A stretch of 64,000 nucleotides of DNA from Meiothermus sp. GTDB lineage: Bacteria; Deinococcota; Deinococci; Deinococcales; Thermaceae. The notes under the pieces are model-generated. The model did no database searches. It was not told where the DNA came from and saw only the letters and a list, made by a program, of their open reading frames with translations. Position 1 is the stretch's first letter. Every line of letters starts with the position of its first letter. Made by a program: the position numbers and the translations under genes. Shown piece after piece: positions 58,750 to 64,000 of the stretch. The stretch covers positions 32,001 to 96,000 of the forward strand of contig JANRLD010000042.1 of NCBI GenBank assembly GCA_033762915.1, in the 5' to 3' direction.

Positions 58750-59007
58750 GCCCGGTGAAGGCTGAACTTCTCGAGCGTAAAGCCCCTTCTCTCTGGACGG
58801 GGGAGGGTCGGGGGGGCGAGGTGACAGCGGCCTGTGGGGTGTTGAGGGCGAACGTCTCAAGGTCAAGGGCATTCGCGGTGCATGTCGCTTGCTTACCCTC
58901 CCGCCCTCCAAGCCTTGAAGCGCTCGAAAGGGGGGAGGACTCCGCTTTTCGGAGGGCTGTGCCGCCGGTGACCTGGCCCATCGCGGGGACGGTTCTGTTC
59001 GTTTTGA

Positions 59008-59133
59008 TCGCGCTTCCCGCCCATATTCCGCCTACGATGCTGCGCTAAAGCGGGCGCTAAAGCGTGCGCTAAAGCGGAATATTGCACTCGGACTGGCGAA
59101 AACCACCGTACCGAGTGTTCATGGGAACCGATT
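59008..59133. mobile_element. MITE family 1, subtype beta
   Basis: TCGCGCTTCCCGC / ATGGGAACCGATT flanked by TGA; three GCGCTAAAGCG units inside. Confidence 0.82.
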
Positions 59134-59208
59134 TGACCAGCCCCGCCATCAACGCCGGCCGCTGTAGGGGATCGGGGCCTGAGGGGCGGAAGGCGCTAGA
59201 GGACACCT

Positions 59209-59955
59209 ATGGAACTACGCTTCGACCACAAGACCATCATCGTCACCGGGGCCGCGCACGGCTTCGGGCGGGCTATCGCGCACAGCTTCGCCCGGCTGGG
59301 CGCGAAGGTCTGGGCCTGGGACTTGAACGCCGATGAACTCGAGGAGACCCGTGCGACCGCCGAGGGTAACTGCGAAGTCCGCACCGTCAACGTCACCGAC
59401 CCCGAGGCGGTGCAGACGGCGGCGCGGGAGGCGGGCGCGGTGGACATCTTGGTGAACAACGCGGGTGGGGTACTTGGGCAGGTGGGGCGGCCCCTCGAGA
59501 CCGTCACCCCCAAGGAGTGGAACGAGATCGTGGCGGTCAACCTGAGCGCGGCCTTTTACACCGCCCAGGCCGTCGCGCCTGGTATGAGGGAGCGTCGCTG
59601 GGGGCGGATCGTCAACATCGCCAGCGGCGCGGGCCTCGGCCCTAGCCTGACCGGCATCCAGGCGTATGCCTCGGCCAAGGCGGGGCTGGTCAACCTGACC
59701 CGGCAGCTCTGCCACGAGCTGGGGCCGTTCAACGTCACCGTCAACTGCATCGCCCCCGGCTTCGTGCGCTCCAACCCCACCACCGAGCGGCAGTGGCAGA
59801 GCTACGGCGAGGAGGGGCAAAGGCGGCTGCTCGAGAACATCGCCCTCAGGCGGCTGGGCAGCGCCCAGAACATTGCCGACGGGGTGCTGTTCTTCGCCTC
59901 GGGGCTGGCCGACTGGGTGAGCGGGCAGGTGCTCAGCGTGGACGGGGGGAAGTAG
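59209..59955 (+). CDS. Short-chain dehydrogenase/reductase
   Basis: TGAAHGFG, NNAG, YASAK, APG. Confidence 0.93.
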   Translation: MELRFDHKTIIVTGAAHGFGRAIAHSFARLGAKVWAWDLNADELEETRATAEGNCEVRTVNVTDPEAVQTAAREAGAVDILVNNAGGVLGQVGRPLETVTPKEWNEIVAVNLSAAFYTAQAVAPGMRERRWGRIVNIASGAGLGPSLTGIQAYASAKAGLVNLTRQLCHELGPFNVTVNCIAPGFVRSNPTTERQWQSYGEEGQRRLLENIALRRLGSAQNIADGVLFFASGLADWVSGQVLSVDGGK

Positions 59956-60075
59956 GTTGCGCCTTTGTGGCGTCGGTGGGCGCTTGCGGAGGCTCGAGGC
60001 TCGTTGGGAGCACAGGCGCAACTGCCCCGATCCGACGCGGGCGGGGAAGCCGACAACTTGCGACGGAGATGTTTG

Positions 60076-60435
60076 GTGCTCGAGGCCGTTCTCGCCCACC
60101 TGAAAGGCAACTTCGGCTCGTATTTGGGCGAGCTGACCGAGTTTGCCCGCATCCCAGCGTCTGCACCGACCCCGCCTTCAAGCCCGATCGCGTATCCCAC
60201 CCATACTCCGCCCACGATGCTGCGCTGAAGCGTGTGCTAAAGCGGAGTATTGCGCTCGGTCTGGCGAAAACCGCCGTACCGAGTGTTTGTGGGAATCGCT
60301 CTGAGGTGCGCCCGGCCGCGCAGTGGGTCATGGAGCGACTGAAGCGGGCGGGTGTGACGGAAGTGGAGGTAGTCGAGACCCTCGGCTACCCGGTCGTTTA
60401 CGACTCCTGGATCACCGACCCCGCCAAGCCCGCTC
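60076..60435 (+). pseudogene. N-terminal remnant of an M20 dipeptidase, frameshifted and MITE-interrupted
   Basis: ELTEFARIP/SVCTDPAFKP [MITE] EVRPAAQWVMERLKRAG..EVEVVET.GYPVVY. Confidence 0.75.
60188..60301. mobile_element. MITE family 1, subtype beta, inside the M20 pseudogene
   Basis: TCGCGTATCCCAC / GTGGGAATCGCTC, flanks CGA/TGA. Confidence 0.88.
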
Positions 60436-60462
60436 CGCAGATGCTGCAGAGACCTGACGCCC

Positions 60463-61236
60463 CTAGCCCCTGGCCCGGTAGCGCACCAAATGCTCCTTGT
60501 AGCCCCCGTCGGCGAACAGGCTGGTCCCGGTAACGTAGCTCGAGGCCTCCGAGGCCAGAAACAGCAGCGGCCCGATCATCTCCTGGGTCTGGGCCACCCG
60601 CCCCAGCGGGATCCACTCGGCGAATTGGTCGCGTCCGATTTCTTCAATCACTTCGCGGTTGATGTCGGTCTCAACCGCACCGGGTGCCAGGTTGTTGACC
60701 CGAATACCGTAGGGAGCAAGCTCTAAAGCCAGCACCCGGGTTGCCATAGCCAGGGCAGCTTTGGAGGCGCAGTAGGCGGTGTTGCCGAAGTAGGGTACGG
60801 TCTCGTGGATCGAGGTGAGGTTGATAACCGAGGCGCTGCCTGCGGCCTTGAGTAGGGGGAGGAGACGCTGGATCAGCTCGAGCGGTGCGCGCAGGTTGAC
60901 CCGGTAGGTAGTGTCGAGGTCGTGAAGGCTGAGGCGCTCGAGGGTTCCCATTATTTCCACCCCGGCGTTGTTGACCAAGATGTCCAGCTTGGCCTCGGCC
61001 TGAATCAACCCCTGGACCAATTGGTCAATGCCCTCGGCCTGGCTTAGGTCGCCGGCCAACGGCCAAGCGCCCAGGGTGTCGGCCGCCCGGCGGACCTGTT
61101 CCAGGCTGCGCCCGTGCAGATACACCTTGGCCCCGGCGGCAATCAACCCATGGGCGATCTCTTTACCGATGCCACGGGTGCTGCCGGTAACCAGGGCGGT
61201 TTTGCCGTTGAGCGAGAACATCTCGAGGGGGTTCAT
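60463..61236 (-). CDS. Short-chain dehydrogenase/reductase
   Basis: TGSTRGIG, NNAG, YCASK, APG. Confidence 0.93.
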   Translation of the reverse strand: MNPLEMFSLNGKTALVTGSTRGIGKEIAHGLIAAGAKVYLHGRSLEQVRRAADTLGAWPLAGDLSQAEGIDQLVQGLIQAEAKLDILVNNAGVEIMGTLERLSLHDLDTTYRVNLRAPLELIQRLLPLLKAAGSASVINLTSIHETVPYFGNTAYCASKAALAMATRVLALELAPYGIRVNNLAPGAVETDINREVIEEIGRDQFAEWIPLGRVAQTQEMIGPLLFLASEASSYVTGTSLFADGGYKEHLVRYRARG

Positions 61237-61355
61237 GGCGTCTCCAGAAAGTCCCGTGGCGGCATTGCGCCGCGAAAGGCCAGCGACCAGGCGGCGCTGG
61301 CCTTGGCCGGCTCAGCAGCCTCCGCAGCAGCCCTGCCCCGGGTAAGCGCTGCAAT
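61233..61355 (-). pseudogene. Possible C-terminal remnant of a PfkB-type sugar kinase
   Basis: AALTRGRAAAEAAEPAKASAAWSLAFRGAMP resembles the PfkB terminal helices; stop overlaps the SDR start (ATGA). Confidence 0.35.
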
Positions 61356-61417
61356 TAGCTGCCGTTTTGGGCCTTGCCCGCACCGGTGCTGACTACGTCC
61401 GGTGCCGTCTATGTTAA

Positions 61418-61480
61418 GTTGCGCCCGCGTAAGATGCACAAATCACCGCCGTTTTATGAGCTGGCTACGGGCGCAATCCC
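61418..61480 (-). repeat. Dispersed repeat family 2 (reverse orientation)
   Basis: GTTGCGCCCG...CGGGCGCAATCCC. Confidence 0.6.
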
Positions 61481-61655
61481 TGAGTGGCTTGTAGGCGGAA
61501 AATCACGCAAGACATACGCGGGAGGTACTTAGCTAACCCAGGGGCGACTTCTCGACCGGCCCCTCCCGACTTCCAGAGAGCCGCGCCGGCCAGAAGTTCG
61601 GCGGCGTAGAACTCCACCCTGCGCTCGTCCAAGGCCAGCCATTCAAACCTCTTCA

Positions 61656-62351
61656 TCACATCACGCCAAAGCGCTCAAAGGCTTCCACCGTGCTCATCCC
61701 GTCCTCGATGGCCTTGCGGACCAGATTCTCCTTGTCCACTTTTTCCAGGGCCAGCCTGAAGGTCTCCTCGACCGCGGCTTGCGGAACCACCAACACCCCG
61801 TCTATGTCGCCGAACAGCAAGTCGCCCGGCTCGATCCGCACGCGCCCGATCTCCAGGGGAACCCGGAAATCCACCACCTTGCCGCGCGGGCCTTGGTCTT
61901 GGGCATAGCGCCCGTAGGAGAAGGTGGGGAAGCCCAGCCGCAGGATGCCGTGGGTGTCGCGGGAGTAGCCGTCGAGCACCGCCCCCGCCGCCCCCAGCCT
62001 GAGTGCGCGGTTGGACATCAGCTCGCCCCACAGGGCGTAGCGCGGCGAGGCGCCGGAGGCGATGTAGACCTCGCCGGTCTTGAGGTCGTCGAGGGCGTGT
62101 AGCATCAGCCCGAAGGGTTTGGTGCTGAGGTCATTGTGGCCGCGGGCGCTGGCGGCGAAGTAGTCGGCCTCGAGCACCGGCATGGCCCGCCCCACGACCA
62201 CCATGTCCTCACGCAGGGGTCTGATCTCGGGTGGCAAGAATTGGTGAAAGAAACCTAGCGTGTCCAAGATGTCGCCGATCACCGCGCTGAACAGCCGCTC
62301 TCTGGCCAGCCTGAACAACTCAGCGTCGCTTTGCCAATGGGTCTGTGTCAT
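61656..62351 (-). CDS. RraA/HMG-aldolase family protein
   Basis: ALWGELM, GAVLDG..RD, PGDLLFGDIDGVLVVP. Confidence 0.9.
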   Translation of the reverse strand: MTQTHWQSDAELFRLARERLFSAVIGDILDTLGFFHQFLPPEIRPLREDMVVVGRAMPVLEADYFAASARGHNDLSTKPFGLMLHALDDLKTGEVYIASGASPRYALWGELMSNRALRLGAAGAVLDGYSRDTHGILRLGFPTFSYGRYAQDQGPRGKVVDFRVPLEIGRVRIEPGDLLFGDIDGVLVVPQAAVEETFRLALEKVDKENLVRKAIEDGMSTVEAFERFGVM

Positions 62352-62445
62352 AAGAGACCTCGGGTGGGTAGATTGCCGTATACTATCAAGCTACATGACA
62401 GCTTGACAACTCGAAGAAGGCTGTATAATTCCTCCAGGCACACCT

Positions 62446-63141
62446 ATGCTTACCAAACTGGCTCGAGGCACCCTATCCGAACGCGCCGCATCTCAACTGG
62501 TGGAGTTTATTCAGTCCGAGATGCACCCCGGCGATGTATTGCCCGCCGAAGCCCGCCTGGCTGAACGTTTGGGGGTCAGCCGCCCGATTGTGCGCGAGGC
62601 GCTCAAGTCGTTGCAGGGGCAGGGAATTGTCGAGGTGATGAACGGCAAGGGCGCGGTGGTGCGCTCCTTGAGCAACGGCATCCTGACCAGCTACTTCTCG
62701 CGGGCCATCCAGATTAACCGGGCCAGCATTTTGGAGTTGATGGACGTGCGGCGCGGCATCGAGTTCGAGTCGGCGCGGCTGGCCGCCCAGCACCGCAGCG
62801 CGGAGCAGCTCGAGCAAATGCGAAGTATTGTGAGCCAGATGCAGAGCGCCATCGACGACCCCCAGGCCTACAGCCAGTTGGACGTTCAACTGCACATTTT
62901 GATCGCCCAGGCCAGCCAGAATAAGGTGCTGGTGCATCTGGTCGAGTCGCTGCGCGAGGCCCTGCACGAAGCCTCGCTGAGCGGGTTGCAACACCGCCGC
63001 ACTCGGGGCGAACTGGTGCGGGTCCAGGAGTTGCACGAAATGTTGCTTCACCACATCGGCAATAAGGACGTTAAGCAAGCCGCCCGAACCATGGCACTTC
63101 ACATGGATGAGGCAATAGCAGCGTTGAGGCATATCGGTTAG
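62446..63141 (+). CDS. FadR/GntR-family regulator
   Basis: LPAEARLAERLGVSRPIVREAL HTH plus FCD domain. Confidence 0.92.
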   Translation: MLTKLARGTLSERAASQLVEFIQSEMHPGDVLPAEARLAERLGVSRPIVREALKSLQGQGIVEVMNGKGAVVRSLSNGILTSYFSRAIQINRASILELMDVRRGIEFESARLAAQHRSAEQLEQMRSIVSQMQSAIDDPQAYSQLDVQLHILIAQASQNKVLVHLVESLREALHEASLSGLQHRRTRGELVRVQELHEMLLHHIGNKDVKQAARTMALHMDEAIAALRHIG

Positions 63142-64000
63142 CCCCAGTCAAACCAACGGCTACCGGGGAGCTGGTATTCGCGTGCAGACTGTTCGTCTAG
63201 CTCGAGGCCAAAGCCGGGCCGCTCGTTCGGCCTGACCCAGCCATGACGAAACCACTCGCCGGTTCCGCCCTGCGCCAAGTCGTGAAAGAACGGCACGTCG
63301 TGGGCGTGGAACTCCACCACCGACAGGTTGGGGATGCTCAGGCCCAGGTGGGCTGCGGCCATCAGGGCCAGCGGGCTGCCAATCATGTGGGGCGCGAACG
63401 GCTTGTTGGCGGTGTGGGCCAGGTCGGCGATCTTCTTCCCCTCGGCCAGGCCGCCGGCCTTTTGTAGGTCGGGTGTCACCACATCCAGCAGGTCTTCGTA
63501 GATCAGGCGGCGGAAGCCCTCGCGTAGTTGAAGGTTTTCGCCGGTGCCGATGGGGGTGGCGCTGTGCGCGCGCAGGTAGCGCAGCCCGGCCTCGTCGTGG
63601 GGCGGGCAGGGGTCTTCCAGCCACATCGGTCGTAGCGGCTCGAGACCTTTGGCCACCTGGGCAATTTCGTTGGGTCGGTAGCGCCAGTGGGCGTCGAAGG
63701 CCAGGTCCACCTCGCTGCCCACCGCTGCACGAACCTCGCTCGCCAGACCCAGCATCCAGTCTATGTCCTTGGAGGTAATCGAATAGCCGGTGGCCGAGGA
63801 GAAATCGCTCTCGGGCAGGTCGAGGTCGAACTTGAGCGCGGTGTAGCCGAGCTCGGCCATCTCCCTGGCCCTGAGGGCGCTGGCTTGGATGATTTCAGGG
63901 CGCGAGAGGACGAGCTTCTCGGGCCGCGCCCACTTGGGCGTGGTGGGCTGAAGCAGTGGCGAGAGGCACTCCAAGGCCCCCGCCGCGTGGCAGTCCAGAT
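63138..64000 (-). CDS. Mandelate racemase/muconate lactonizing enzyme (enolase superfamily) protein, 5' end outside the window
   Basis: GYTALKFD, DAHW, WLEDP, TGEN, PDLQKAGG, APH, PGFG. Confidence 0.9.
   Translation of the reverse strand, partial: LDCHAAGALECLSPLLQPTTPKWARPEKLVLSRPEIIQASALRAREMAELGYTALKFDLDLPESDFSSATGYSITSKDIDWMLGLASEVRAAVGSEVDLAFDAHWRYRPNEIAQVAKGLEPLRPMWLEDPCPPHDEAGLRYLRAHSATPIGTGENLQLREGFRRLIYEDLLDVVTPDLQKAGGLAEGKKIADLAHTANKPFAPHMIGSPLALMAAAHLGLSIPNLSVVEFHAHDVPFFHDLAQGGTGEWFRHGWVRPNERPGFGLELDEQSAREYQLPGSRWFDWG

Noticed and set aside
10746..60301. TIR sequences such as GCGGTTCCCAC / GTGGGAACCGC look a little like type I-E CRISPR repeats
   Set aside because: They occur as dispersed inverted pairs with 3-bp flanking duplications, not as direct repeats with unique spacers; no cas genes are present.

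Overview
High-GC bacterial DNA, most likely a Meiothermus-like member of Deinococcota (inferred from leaderless TANNNT-N6-ATG starts, signal peptides ending in A-Q and very frequent CTCGAG). Five blocks: (1) 1-12.4 kb, a sugar ABC transporter with catabolic accessory genes, a BtuF-like protein and a ferredoxin-NADP reductase; (2) 12.5-27.9 kb, tRNA-Val(CAC) followed by a decayed island (integrase stub, orphan multi-PAS histidine kinase, nuclease remnant, 2861-aa cyclic beta-1,2-glucan synthase, ISAs1 and HAD remnants); (3) 28-55 kb, a large phosphorus-scavenging locus (metallophosphoesterase, Ugp-like ABC, Cys-phosphatase, two phnCDE sets, two phnM, PhoX plus a Rieske protein, PstS, a choice-of-anchor-I protein, phnGHIJK-acetyltransferase-phnL, a TIM-barrel protein); (4) 56-60.4 kb, a GntR/creatininase/ketopantoate-reductase/SDR cluster; (5) 60.4-64 kb, SDR/RraA/FadR/enolase-superfamily genes. 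The main finding is that the otherwise intact C-P lyase operon encodes a PhnJ with no cysteines at all. The three [4Fe-4S] ligands and the thiyl-radical Cys are replaced, while the Gly32 equivalent and the PhnI/PhnJ His site are kept, which points to a non-radical C-P-lyase-like system. Other findings are a shared TGAC-N7-TGAC-N10-TANNNT promoter motif across the phosphorus locus, a candidate small RNA under that motif, an apparently circularly permuted choice-of-anchor-I propeller, and two MITE-like families, one of which disrupts a peptidase gene. All family assignments come from motif recognition by eye, not database searches.
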